A stretch of DNA of 34,481 nucleotides from Nemertoderma westbladi (Eukaryota; Animalia; Xenacoelomorpha), in contig JAUCBJ010006105.1 in assembly GCA_032718475.1 (NCBI GenBank), positions 1 to 34,481 of the forward strand, read 5' to 3'. The notes below the pieces were generated by a model. It did not search any database, was not told the DNA's origin, and saw only the letters and a list, made by a program, of their open reading frames with translations. Position 1 is the stretch's first letter, and every line of letters begins with the position of its first letter. The position numbers and the translations under genes were made by a program. Below, in pieces: positions 1 through 9,575 of the stretch.

Positions 1-1403
1 CTTGAATCAGCATCATCATATTTTGTGGCAATCATCATACAAGTGGCAACAGCAGAAAAACCTCTGCTGTTGCCACTTGTTGGTTTCTTAGATGGAAATT
101 GTTTAAAGCATAAACTTCTATGGTGACTACGGCGTTTTTTACAGTAGACACATGGTTTATCAATTCTACACTGGTTTGAACTATGTCCTTTCTTTGCACA
201 AATGTAGCAATGACCCTTAATTTGCATTCGCCTTGAATCAGCATCATCATATTTTTTACATTCGTCACTCCAATGTCCACCCTTACAGTACAAACAAACT
301 TTAGTGAACTCATGGTTAGAACTTACAGTTAGTGCTTCTGTTGTTGATTTGTAGATAGGCTTCTGTTGTGGATATGTTGACTTGTAGGCGTGTGGACTAG
401 TAGACTTCGGATCTATAGAAATCTGTTTTTTATCACTTTCTTTATTTTCAGATTGTCCACTACATCTTTCTCCAGCCTCTCGGGCAGTTATAAATTTCTT
501 TATATGTTTTCTCAAGGAATCAACAGTCCAATCCTCTTCAGGGTCTTTTTGGAGTTCCAACTGAACCTTTATCTGAGTGGGGAATTTTGAATTAATTAAT
601 GAAATAAAGACAGCCTGGTTTATTTCTTCCCCTAGAGCAATCAAACTTCTAAAATGTCTTTCTAAAATATCATATGTTGTTCTAAGCATTGCTGTATTGT
701 TCGAGGATGGTGGAACTGACATTAACTCAGAGTAATGAGCATCAATAGTAAACTGTTTGTTACCAAATCTTTCTTCTAAAATTTTTACTGCGACATCATA
801 ATTTTCGTTAGTTAGTTCAATGCCTAAAATAGCTTGTTTTGCATCACCCTGTAATTTGGACTTTAAATATTGCAGTTTTTCTACAGGTTGCAATTTAGTG
901 TTTCTATTAATCGCAGCATCAAAAGAATCCCAAAATTCTCTCCATTTTAAAAAACCACCATCATAACCTTCAAACTCTAGTTTGGGGAGTTTGACATGAG
1001 AATTAATATCACTGGTACCTGATACGAAAGTGTTAAAAGATGTACCAGGGGGATTTCGGCCTACATATGAAGGTTCCAGTGTTGTATTCATATTTTCAGT
1101 GAGCATCATTACTCTAGTATCAAGCTTAGTTAAATAATCATTTACATTGCTATCAAATGTAGATACAATCGAAACTTCCTCATCCTCGTCTACTTCTTCA
1201 ATAAGGTCAAATATTTTTTCATCATATTCCTTTAAATTTGTGTAGTATCTATTTATTTTACCGTATATAATTCTTAAATCTTCTATATTTACCTGAGAGC
1301 CAGCATCTAACAAAATACCTGCTTCAGTAAACTCTTTCTTTATATTTGTCCGGACAGCGTTTCTTTGCTGTTTATATTTTCTTAATCTTTTTGTCTCCTC
1401 CAT
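1..1403 (-). CDS. gag: BEL/Pao retrotransposon Gag (N-terminal part; frame runs off the left edge of the window)
   Basis: Manual translation from the ATG at 1403 is open to position 1, so it has no stop and is missing from the ORF track. It contains a DUF1759-type segment (KLPKLEFEGYDGGFLKWREFWDSFDAAINRNTKLQPVEKLQYLKSKLQGDAKQAILGIELTNENYDVAVKILEERFG) and three BEL-type knuckles: CLYCKGGHWSDEC, CYICAKKGHSSNQC and CVYCKKRRSHHRSLC. Confidence 0.93.
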   Translation of the reverse strand, partial: MEETKRLRKYKQQRNAVRTNIKKEFTEAGILLDAGSQVNIEDLRIIYGKINRYYTNLKEYDEKIFDLIEEVDEDEEVSIVSTFDSNVNDYLTKLDTRVMMLTENMNTTLEPSYVGRNPPGTSFNTFVSGTSDINSHVKLPKLEFEGYDGGFLKWREFWDSFDAAINRNTKLQPVEKLQYLKSKLQGDAKQAILGIELTNENYDVAVKILEERFGNKQFTIDAHYSELMSVPPSSNNTAMLRTTYDILERHFRSLIALGEEINQAVFISLINSKFPTQIKVQLELQKDPEEDWTVDSLRKHIKKFITAREAGERCSGQSENKESDKKQISIDPKSTSPHAYKSTYPQQKPIYKSTTEALTVSSNHEFTKVCLYCKGGHWSDECKKYDDADSRRMQIKGHCYICAKKGHSSNQCRIDKPCVYCKKRRSHHRSLCFKQFPSKKPTSGNSRGFSAVATCMMIATKYDDADS

Positions 1404-2240
1404 ATTATATATTTTATTTTAGTTATTGTATAAACGATATGGAGTAGAAAATGGATGTTAATAGCTCTGTTAACAACCGACCCATATATGAATATAGGTT
1501 AATACTTAAGAGTAATCAAATGATTTGTGACAATGTGGGCTATTAGGCCAGTACCGGCGGTTTATTGAAGTGCCGGTGTATAATTCTGCAATTCATTCAC
1601 AAAATGTTGTTGATAGCTTAGTTAACAACCAAAGGAATATTTCATTAGGCGTTTAGGCCTTATTTCAGTACTTGCTGAAATAAATTCGTGAATATCCAGA
1701 TATCATGTTTTTCATCATGAAGCCTAATAATTTATTTCAGTATTTATTAATTGCTGAATTGCAAATTAATTACTGCAGTATTATATTATTATTAGTTCTA
1801 CTGTTCTACAAACCTTGCTTTTGCTTTACGTTTCAGCGTTTTCTTCTTATTGCTGTATTGCACTTACAGTTTGCAGTTTTCAACCATCTTCGTACCGTAT
1901 TACATCTGTGCACTGGCATGACTGGTGTATGTCCGGACCGGTATCCGGTGCCGGTAGTAATAAATAGCATCCAGTACGAGGTATAATTTGGCAATTCTGT
2001 TTATCTAAATTTACTTATAGCCTACCAGCGTGGCGCGGCATCCAGCAGCCGGTAGTTACCGTAGTTAAAGTAATACAGTAATACATAAATATATGATAGT
2101 TTCCAGTTGAGTAAATTTCAGTATACAGACATAGGCCGTATGTTATGTAGGTCTGTAGGTTGACAACACAGCAATAGCTGAATAGGCGCCCATTAATAAG
2201 TTAATACAGCAGTCTGTAGCCCATTCGACTGACAGTCATA

Positions 2241-2254
2241 ACGCTCTGCTACCA
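2241..2254 (-). promoter_or_regulatory. Primer binding site, initiator tRNA-Met type
   Basis: Minus strand reads ...GCTACA|TGGTAGCAGAGCGT. TGGTAGCAGAG is complementary to the 3' end of animal tRNA-iMet (CUCUGCUACCA) and directly follows a CA LTR end. Confidence 0.8.
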
Positions 2255-2516
2255 TGTAGCGAATATAAGTGGAATAGAATAAAGTACAGAAGTATCATTT
2301 ATCGCTAGAATTATTATAATATATATATTTATCAATATCATCAATTCTGCACCGTGTACTGGCACACTGTATTGTACTCGTACTTAGATCCCGGTACCGG
2401 TACAGTAGTATATTAGTTAGTCAGTTAGTATAGGCTACTGTAAGGGGTAAAACGAACTTAGATCCTTGTCATTGCATTCGCGACAATATCGCCGCAAATC
2501 CAACCTATAACGGACA
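2255..2516 (-). repeat. Putative 5' LTR (~262 bp) of the minus-strand element
   Basis: The 3' end is fixed by the PBS. The 5' end (TGTCC at 2516) is inferred from the TG start and the switch to gag-coding sequence of the other element. No partner LTR is available to confirm it. Confidence 0.55.
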
Positions 2517-3214
2517 TGCTTAGTAACCTACGGTTAAAGGAAGCAGCCCAGGTAAGAAGTAATTCTAATCCTAGCAGGCCTGAGTCAGATAAAGTCCAAC
2601 CTAGTCAACGAGTACACTTATCGGAGGAGACTATACCACATAGACCTCAGGTAAGGACGCCTGTTCCGAATATCCATAATCCCAATTTCGAAAATTCGGC
2701 CGAAAAATTTATTCAGGAGGCTTGGGTCAGGGCCTCGGCACGCAAACCATCGCGAGCGCTAAGGACTGACACCGAATCAAGCGATGAAGACGAAGACATG
2801 AGACGTCAGAAGTCCCGAAACTATAAGGAAAGAAGGACCGACGCGGAGCAGGTAAGTTTCAATCCCCGGGAAAGGAACAGACTTAATAACCCTGTGGAAC
2901 TAAATCATTTGTTAACCCGGAACGACGCAACCCTTAGGGACATAGGTAAGTTTGCTGCTAGGCAAGGACTGCCGACGCAACAACCCCAGAAGTTTATGGG
3001 TAACCACAAGCACTGGAGGACTTTTAAAACCTATGTCGATGAACAGCTGACCAACAGCACCTTTACTCCCAACGAGAAGTTCAACTATTTGCTTCAGATG
3101 CTCCATCGAGAACCTAGAGCCATTGCTGATAACTTCGTCGGCAATGAAAGGGCATTTGAGTTGGCAATGAAGACGCTTAGTGACATCTACGGGAATAAAA
3201 CCAAGATGGCGTAG
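2516..3214 (+). CDS. gag: BEL/Pao Gag, N-terminal fragment (same frame as 3230-8821; separated by one TAG)
   Basis: DUF1759-like segment PQKFMGNHKHWRTFKTYV...EKFNYLLQMLHREPRAIA...FELAMKTLSDIYGN. 3230-2516=714 is a multiple of 3, and the frame continues SIVEDLGKGG after TAG 3212-3214. Confidence 0.88.
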   Translation: MLSNLRLKEAAQVRSNSNPSRPESDKVQPSQRVHLSEETIPHRPQVRTPVPNIHNPNFENSAEKFIQEAWVRASARKPSRALRTDTESSDEDEDMRRQKSRNYKERRTDAEQVSFNPRERNRLNNPVELNHLLTRNDATLRDIGKFAARQGLPTQQPQKFMGNHKHWRTFKTYVDEQLTNSTFTPNEKFNYLLQMLHREPRAIADNFVGNERAFELAMKTLSDIYGNKTKMA

Positions 3215-3229
3215 TCGATAGTAGAAGAC

Positions 3230-6200
3230 TTGGGTAAGGGCGGAATGATTACAACTCCGTTAGAGCTGTTGAACTTAGCGAACGCTATTTCGAATGCATT
3301 GGACATCTTGAGGACGGTGAATCTACCTCATCATGGTGATCACGCCGAAGTTTTAAGGAGCGTAATAAGACGTCTAAACATGCGTTATCGACAGAAATGG
3401 CGCAAATTAGAGAATAAGTTGGAGGGTCAAGGTAAAGTATTGACACTTCAACACATTCATGACATGATAGCCACAGATGCAGTAGCAGAGATGAGATCAA
3501 ACTTCTCAGAGGAGAATATGAGAGAGTCTAAACCTGTTACCGGTAAGTCTATGGTAAGTTTTGACGATGACAGGACCACTGTGACATTTAACTCAGTAGA
3601 CAGATATAATTCGAGTACCCCAGCCTTTAGATCAGACTCGCGAGTATGGTCAGGTGAGCGGTTAGATAGACCTAGGTTAAAGCAACAGGAGTTGCCGGAT
3701 GGATTTGTAGGTTGCCAATACTGTTTACTAAAGGAGGTAAGATCTGACGACCATACGTTAGATAGTTGCAGACGGTTCAAAGAATTAAATTCGGAACAGA
3801 GAATAGTTCAAGTGCGGACGTTGGACACCTGTTGGGCATGTCTTGCGCCAGGCCATGTACGGCGGCAGTGCCCGAACAGCAAGGACGGATGCATGGAATG
3901 CGGCAGACTACATCACAAGTTGCTACATGCGGATTTCCATACCCCAACGGACCATTACTTACAGCGAAATCCTCAAAGGAAGGGGAGCAAAGAACCCGTA
4001 TCGATAAGGAGAAATACGTACACCGGCATTCAAGACGATGGTTACCAACCAGGTTCGTCGGATGAGGATGGCGAGTCGAGCGCGAGAGAGGTGACCTGCC
4101 AAGGTTTCACCGCGGATAGTTCATCGACCAGCGCACGGACATATTTATCATCGGCCACGTCGGAAATATTCAGCGTGATTCCGGTGAAACTCACTGGAGA
4201 TAAGGGATCGAAGCGAATATATGTGATGTTGGACACTGCGTCCACATTATCTTATATCGACGAGGAAGTGGCGAGAGCCGTTTCTAGCTTCCAGGACGCC
4301 GAAGAGATCCAAATAGAGTTGAAGTCTATGCACGGGGTAGGAGACCTCAAGGGACACAGGATATCTGTAGAACTAGATTCCCTACTTCCGAGAGACCAGC
4401 ATACTCGACAAGAATGGAAAGCTTTGCCATTGGACGGATTTAAGTGTCTAGCTATGAAGGGGTTCGGCAGGCAGTTAGGTAAGGTGCCGCCGATGAGTCC
4501 CATAGCACAGGAGTATTTTGACAAGCTCAGAATACCCAGACATCAGGTAGGTTATAGGAATGTTTCTATGTTGATTGGTGCAGAACAGCTGATCGCACAC
4601 CAAATATGGGAAACGAGACCAGCTGAGCCGCATGTCAATGGACCACATGCCCATAGGACTATATTAGGTTGGTATACAAGAGTACCCATGTCTTATGAGT
4701 TTACAGGTAGTGACAAACCAATAGATAGATATGACGAATTACAGCCTATAACTCAACCACCGTTAGTAGAACCACCAGACATAGACGAGTTTAGGAGAAC
4801 CTGTATTGACCACTATAGTGACTTTAGCGAGTCGGACGAGGAGTTGATTCCCGATAATGTTAGGTTGTTGGAACCACTTCACAACAACCGGACAGATAGT
4901 GAACCCGAGGACTACTGTTATCAGACCCGTGGGTCTGGTTCAGCGGCCCACGCTACCTATTTGAGTAACGTTTTGACTTATACCGACATAGTGGAGGGTC
5001 AAGTGGCTAAATATCGGGACCTAGACATTTTCCAGTACAGTGAGGAGGAATTACAGAATGAATTGATACGCCAGGACCTCGAGACAGGAGCCAGAACCGT
5101 CGAATGGCTGGATAGGGATGCAATGGAACCCGGTGGATATGACCTAGCCATGTCCACTGATGAGAAGCGGTCGCTGGAGATGATGGAAGACACCATACGT
5201 CTACTACCGACTGGACATTTTGAAGTTGGAATGTTGTGGCGTCGACAACCTCCTAAGTTGGAGAACAACTACAGCTTAGCCTTGAAAAGATTGAACGGAG
5301 TAAGGGCTCGGTTGTTAAGGAATCCGGACATTAGGGAGAAGTATTGCGCCCAGATCAACAACTATTTCGCCAAGGGATTTGCTGGGAAGGTAGAGGACCC
5401 TGACTTAGTGACAGACCAGACTTATTACCTTCCACACCACTATGTGACTCACCCTGACAAACCTGACAAAGTCCGAGTAGTCAACGACTGCGCAGCAGTC
5501 TATAGAGGTATGTCCCTGAATTCAGAGTTGATGGATGGTCGCAACCTGAACAATTATTTGATTGGGATACTGTTGCGTTTTAGACAGCGGCGATTCGCAT
5601 TTACTTGTGACATCGAGGCAATGTTCCACCAGGTAAGAGCCTGTAAGGCAGACCAGGATAGCCTTCGATTTCTCTGGTATGAGAATGAAGACTTATCCGG
5701 CCCAGTGGTTACATACAAGATGTACGTTAGGATATTTGGCGCCCGCGATAGTCCAAATGGCACGCTGTTTGTTTTAAAGAAAACGGCAACAGCCCAAATT
5801 GGTAAGTATCCAGTAGAAGTCATCGAGTCCATCTTGAGAAACTTCTATATGGACGACGGATTGGTGTCCAAGGACACAGCGGAACAAGCCATAGAAGTGG
5901 CTCACGGCCTACAGGAGTGCTTGGCTACAGGGGGATTTCCTCTGACCAAGTTCACTACGAACTCGGAGGCCCTATTAGAGTCGTTCCCGGTGAAAGATCG
6001 CGGGAGCGGAGACATAGAATTGGGGGTAGAACCCATCCCCATGGCGCAAGTACTGGGACTCGCTTGGAATCCGAACACTGACAAGTTCCAGGTAAGAGTT
6101 AGGTTTGAGCCCAGTAGCCCAGACAAAGTTTTGACAAAGAGAATTTGCTTATCGACTTTAAGTAGACTATTTGACCCGATGAACTTTATCAGTCCGGTAA

Positions 6201-8821
6201 TATTACAGGCACGAGCGTGTATGAGGAAAATTTGGTTGTCCGACCTAGAGTGGGACGAACCAATATCTCCTATACATGCGAAGCAGTGGAGAGAGTGGGA
6301 GGCCGAGTTGCATCTATTGAAAAATATAGATGCACCCCGTTCCTACTTTCCGAATCAGCTGGTATTCCCAGCTGATCTCGAACTCCACCTATTTAGTGAC
6401 GCAAGTGACACCGGCTTTGGTATGGTAGCCTACCTTCGCAGAGAGGTAAGTCAGGACAAATTTGAGACGGCTTTTGTGACTTCTAGATCAAAGACAATGC
6501 CGGTCAAATACATGACTGTCCCTCGTGCAGAGTTACAGGCGGCCGTAGTTTCAGTCGAGGTAAGTAAGCAGATAACTGAGGAGTTAGACACGACATTGAC
6601 CTTATTCTATTGGACGGACACATCCTTAGTGTTAGTATACATTGCGGCTGACAATATTGCACTAAAGACATTTGTGGCCAATAGACGCGCTCAGATAGTC
6701 GACTTTTCGACAAAGGAACAATGGAGACATTGTCCGGGAGTGTTAAACCCGGCCGACATAACTTCGAGAGGTGCAATGCCGGCGGAATTCTGTCAGGAAG
6801 AGTCCCAGGAGTTTTGGTTGCATGGACCTGATTTTCTAACGAGGACACAGGAACATTGGCCAGAGCGACTAAAGATAGTGACCAATCCGATGCCTGAAGA
6901 TGCAGAAGTCAAGGTGGAGAAAGTCTCTAAGTCAAAGTCTAAAGCCAAACTCAAGTCATTGGAGCGGCCTGAAGAGTCATTGGAGCGGCCTGAAGAGTCA
7001 TTGGAGCGGCCCGGAGACCTGTCAGACCAACAGACTTACGTGACGACTAGGTCCGGAAGGGTAAGTTATGACGTAAAACCACCCTTACAGACTAAACCAG
7101 AGTCAAAGTTGGTAAGTGACGGACAGAAAATGACCGACACAATGGAGCCTTTGGTTTCCAAACCTGCGGGTTTGGATTCGAAACTTCCATTAGTTAGCGG
7201 ACAACAGTCGCTGGAATTAGAGCCATGTAGTATTTATGACAAATTACTAAATTCGTCTGCCTCTTGGCTGACAATTTGTAAAAGAACTGCGTGGTTAAGC
7301 CGATACATTTCGTACCTTTGTATAAAACATTCGGAACATTTAGGAGAACGAACGAGCGCTAATAGTGAGCGAATTCAGAAATTGAAACAACCTCTGACAG
7401 AGGATGAGATTGATCAAGCGGAATTAAAGCATTTGAAGCACTATCAAATGTGTGCCTTCCCCAAAGAATTCCATCTATTATCGGCTCAACGACCAGTTCT
7501 CTATAAACCCCTTAGAAAATGGAGTCCATTAATCCATAAGGGTTTGATTTGTCATAGATCGAGAATCCAGACTGTCGACATAAACTCACAGTTTCGGTTC
7601 CCAGTGATAATCCCTAGTCACCCAATAGAATTGCAAAGAGCGATTCTATGGGATATACACAAGAGGTTGCATCACGCGGGAAAGTTACACTGTTTGTCGG
7701 CAGCGAGACAGCGATTCATTCTATTGCAGCCAAGCAGGGCAGCAGGCACTATGTATGACGCCTGTCTGGTTTGCAAGAGAGTGAACGCCAGAGTATTGGA
7801 ACAGGAGATGGCTGAACTCCCGGAAGCGAGAGTGCAGGCATATGACCCACCCTTTACAAACACAGGGGTGGACTGTTTTGGTCCGATTGAAGCAAAGAGT
7901 GGACGGCTGACCCACAAGCGATGGGGCCTGCTACTGACATGCATGGCTAGTAGAGCCATACATATCGAGCGTGTGGCAGACATGTCGACCAAATCTCTGC
8001 TCCTGGCCTTAAAGAGATTTATGGCCAGGAGAGGACTAGTAAAGGCGTTCTACTCTGATAAGGGTACAAACTTTGTCGGGGGGAACAGCGAGTTAAACGC
8101 GGCTCATAGGGCGGCGCAGAATAAAGAAATTTCTGCAGCACTTTTGCCGCAAAGAATAGAATGGAGATTTAATACTCCAGAAAGTCCTTGGAGAGGAGGA
8201 AGTTGGGAGCGTTTAGTTCGCTCTGTAAAGCAGGCCATTGCTAAGACGTTGCCTGTAAACAAACAACTTACCGATGACGAACTGGTCACAGCTTTCATCG
8301 AAATCGAGCATACCCTAAACTCGAGACCGATAGCTATGTTGCCAGACGGTGTTGCATTAACGCCGAATCATTTGCTAATGCAGAGTCCAGCATTTCTTGT
8401 GCCGGCATCAGAACCCATTAGTGCCGACCTATATAGTCGTAAGAGCTGGAAAGTGACACAATTAGTTGCGTACACATTCTGGGAATATTGGCGGGAATAC
8501 TATCTTCCCACCATATCCACCAGAACAAAGTGGTACAAAACGGTTCGGAGTCTCCAAAGGGGAGATTACGTATTGATAACCGAGCCGATTGTCAAGAGAA
8601 AGTACTGGGAGACGGGAGTTATCTTGCACATATACCCAGATGTGCAAAACATAGTGCGTACAGTCACTGTGAAAATTAGGTGCAAGTGTCCGCACCCAAA
8701 GAAGTGTAAAACTAATGGTTTACATACCTTGGACCGACCGGTCCAAGATATCGTGTTATTAGAGGAGACACGCATCGAGACGGGAGATTATAATTTGTCT
8801 CCTGCCTCAAAACAGAATTAG
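3230..8821 (+). CDS. pol: BEL/Pao Gag-Pol polyprotein (zinc knuckles, aspartic protease, RT, RNase H, integrase)
   Basis: Knuckles CQYC..H..C, CWACLAPGHVRRQC, CMECGRLHHKLLH. Protease MLDTAS (4232). RT CDIEAMFHQV and FYMDD (5846-5857). RNase H FSDAS, PRAELQA, YWTD, NPAD. Integrase HHCC, GVDCFGP, SDKGTNF, WERLVRSVK, and a BEL-type C-terminus FWEYWREYYL...RPV. Confidence 0.97.
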   Translation: MGKGGMITTPLELLNLANAISNALDILRTVNLPHHGDHAEVLRSVIRRLNMRYRQKWRKLENKLEGQGKVLTLQHIHDMIATDAVAEMRSNFSEENMRESKPVTGKSMVSFDDDRTTVTFNSVDRYNSSTPAFRSDSRVWSGERLDRPRLKQQELPDGFVGCQYCLLKEVRSDDHTLDSCRRFKELNSEQRIVQVRTLDTCWACLAPGHVRRQCPNSKDGCMECGRLHHKLLHADFHTPTDHYLQRNPQRKGSKEPVSIRRNTYTGIQDDGYQPGSSDEDGESSAREVTCQGFTADSSSTSARTYLSSATSEIFSVIPVKLTGDKGSKRIYVMLDTASTLSYIDEEVARAVSSFQDAEEIQIELKSMHGVGDLKGHRISVELDSLLPRDQHTRQEWKALPLDGFKCLAMKGFGRQLGKVPPMSPIAQEYFDKLRIPRHQVGYRNVSMLIGAEQLIAHQIWETRPAEPHVNGPHAHRTILGWYTRVPMSYEFTGSDKPIDRYDELQPITQPPLVEPPDIDEFRRTCIDHYSDFSESDEELIPDNVRLLEPLHNNRTDSEPEDYCYQTRGSGSAAHATYLSNVLTYTDIVEGQVAKYRDLDIFQYSEEELQNELIRQDLETGARTVEWLDRDAMEPGGYDLAMSTDEKRSLEMMEDTIRLLPTGHFEVGMLWRRQPPKLENNYSLALKRLNGVRARLLRNPDIREKYCAQINNYFAKGFAGKVEDPDLVTDQTYYLPHHYVTHPDKPDKVRVVNDCAAVYRGMSLNSELMDGRNLNNYLIGILLRFRQRRFAFTCDIEAMFHQVRACKADQDSLRFLWYENEDLSGPVVTYKMYVRIFGARDSPNGTLFVLKKTATAQIGKYPVEVIESILRNFYMDDGLVSKDTAEQAIEVAHGLQECLATGGFPLTKFTTNSEALLESFPVKDRGSGDIELGVEPIPMAQVLGLAWNPNTDKFQVRVRFEPSSPDKVLTKRICLSTLSRLFDPMNFISPVILQARACMRKIWLSDLEWDEPISPIHAKQWREWEAELHLLKNIDAPRSYFPNQLVFPADLELHLFSDASDTGFGMVAYLRREVSQDKFETAFVTSRSKTMPVKYMTVPRAELQAAVVSVEVSKQITEELDTTLTLFYWTDTSLVLVYIAADNIALKTFVANRRAQIVDFSTKEQWRHCPGVLNPADITSRGAMPAEFCQEESQEFWLHGPDFLTRTQEHWPERLKIVTNPMPEDAEVKVEKVSKSKSKAKLKSLERPEESLERPEESLERPGDLSDQQTYVTTRSGRVSYDVKPPLQTKPESKLVSDGQKMTDTMEPLVSKPAGLDSKLPLVSGQQSLELEPCSIYDKLLNSSASWLTICKRTAWLSRYISYLCIKHSEHLGERTSANSERIQKLKQPLTEDEIDQAELKHLKHYQMCAFPKEFHLLSAQRPVLYKPLRKWSPLIHKGLICHRSRIQTVDINSQFRFPVIIPSHPIELQRAILWDIHKRLHHAGKLHCLSAARQRFILLQPSRAAGTMYDACLVCKRVNARVLEQEMAELPEARVQAYDPPFTNTGVDCFGPIEAKSGRLTHKRWGLLLTCMASRAIHIERVADMSTKSLLLALKRFMARRGLVKAFYSDKGTNFVGGNSELNAAHRAAQNKEISAALLPQRIEWRFNTPESPWRGGSWERLVRSVKQAIAKTLPVNKQLTDDELVTAFIEIEHTLNSRPIAMLPDGVALTPNHLLMQSPAFLVPASEPISADLYSRKSWKVTQLVAYTFWEYWREYYLPTISTRTKWYKTVRSLQRGDYVLITEPIVKRKYWETGVILHIYPDVQNIVRTVTVKIRCKCPHPKKCKTNGLHTLDRPVQDIVLLEETRIETGDYNLSPASKQN
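6954..7011 (+). repeat. 21-bp in-frame tandem repeat (2.8 copies; SLERPEE)
   Basis: AGTCATTGGAGCGGCCTGAAG at 6954 and 6975, with a partial copy at 6996. Confidence 0.95.
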
Positions 8822-9575
8822 TGTTGGACGCAACTCACTTCGTATGCATTCCTCGTATGCAAATACAAGGAAATGCATAGGAGCGGGTTTGTGGTGATTT
8901 GCGTTGAGTTTTGTCTGGTGGGTATCAAAACAAAACTTTATTTTCAAAATTTTTGGAAAATTTAAAATTGTAAAAAATTAGAAGTGAACCCAAGACAATT
9001 CCAGACGCTGTGTATAGACGCGTTTTAGAATTCGTCTATAGATATACAGTAATTTGAAAGTCGTGAAGCCTGGAAAATAGCATTTAGAAACCATGGTGAC
9101 GGCTATATTACGTAGGAGTGTAAATTGAGTTTAGCAACTTCCAAAGATTGGTGCCAACAGTGCAACTAGGGTGCTAAAGGTTAGTAGCACCAGAGGCGTA
9201 CACGGACCCCACTCAGTAGTTTGCAGTGAAGTGTGATGTTCGATTATCAAACCTGTGGGTTTGGTATAGTCGAGCATTGAGACTATGGTCCTTTCTAACT
9301 ACTGTAGTTTAGTACGAGTAATGGGAGTAGTTTGGGCATCAAAAAGTGAGTTGGTCACGGCCAGTTTATCTCCAAAGTTTTTGCGCTATGCATGGGAATA
9401 GGTTAGAGGATAGTTAGGAAGAGACGGGATCTAGAGAGTCAAACCTGAACTGCTGGAAGGCGGCGGGGGGGTTCGGGAGGTCTGTCTTTTGATGACATCT
9501 AACTGATTTACCCATAGTGTAATTGGTTACGTAACGGCACTTATTGGATATATATATGTATATACGCGGCGCATA

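Larger units (their letters stand above)
1..2516 (-). mobile_element. 5' part of a second BEL/Pao LTR retrotransposon (LTR-PBS-leader-gag), antisense to and probably nested in the plus-strand element
   Basis: On the minus strand the order is TG...CA LTR candidate 2516-2255, PBS 2254-2241, AT-rich leader, gag ATG at 1403. The second LTR is not in the window. Confidence 0.75.

Noticed and set aside
35-313. 92-aa minus-strand ORF in the track
   Set aside because: It is an off-frame shadow of the real gag frame, which encodes the zinc knuckles.
3212-3214. Programmed gag-pol readthrough codon
   Set aside because: The stop falls inside the capsid-like region, before the zinc knuckles, not at a gag/pol boundary. 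A nonsense mutation is more likely.
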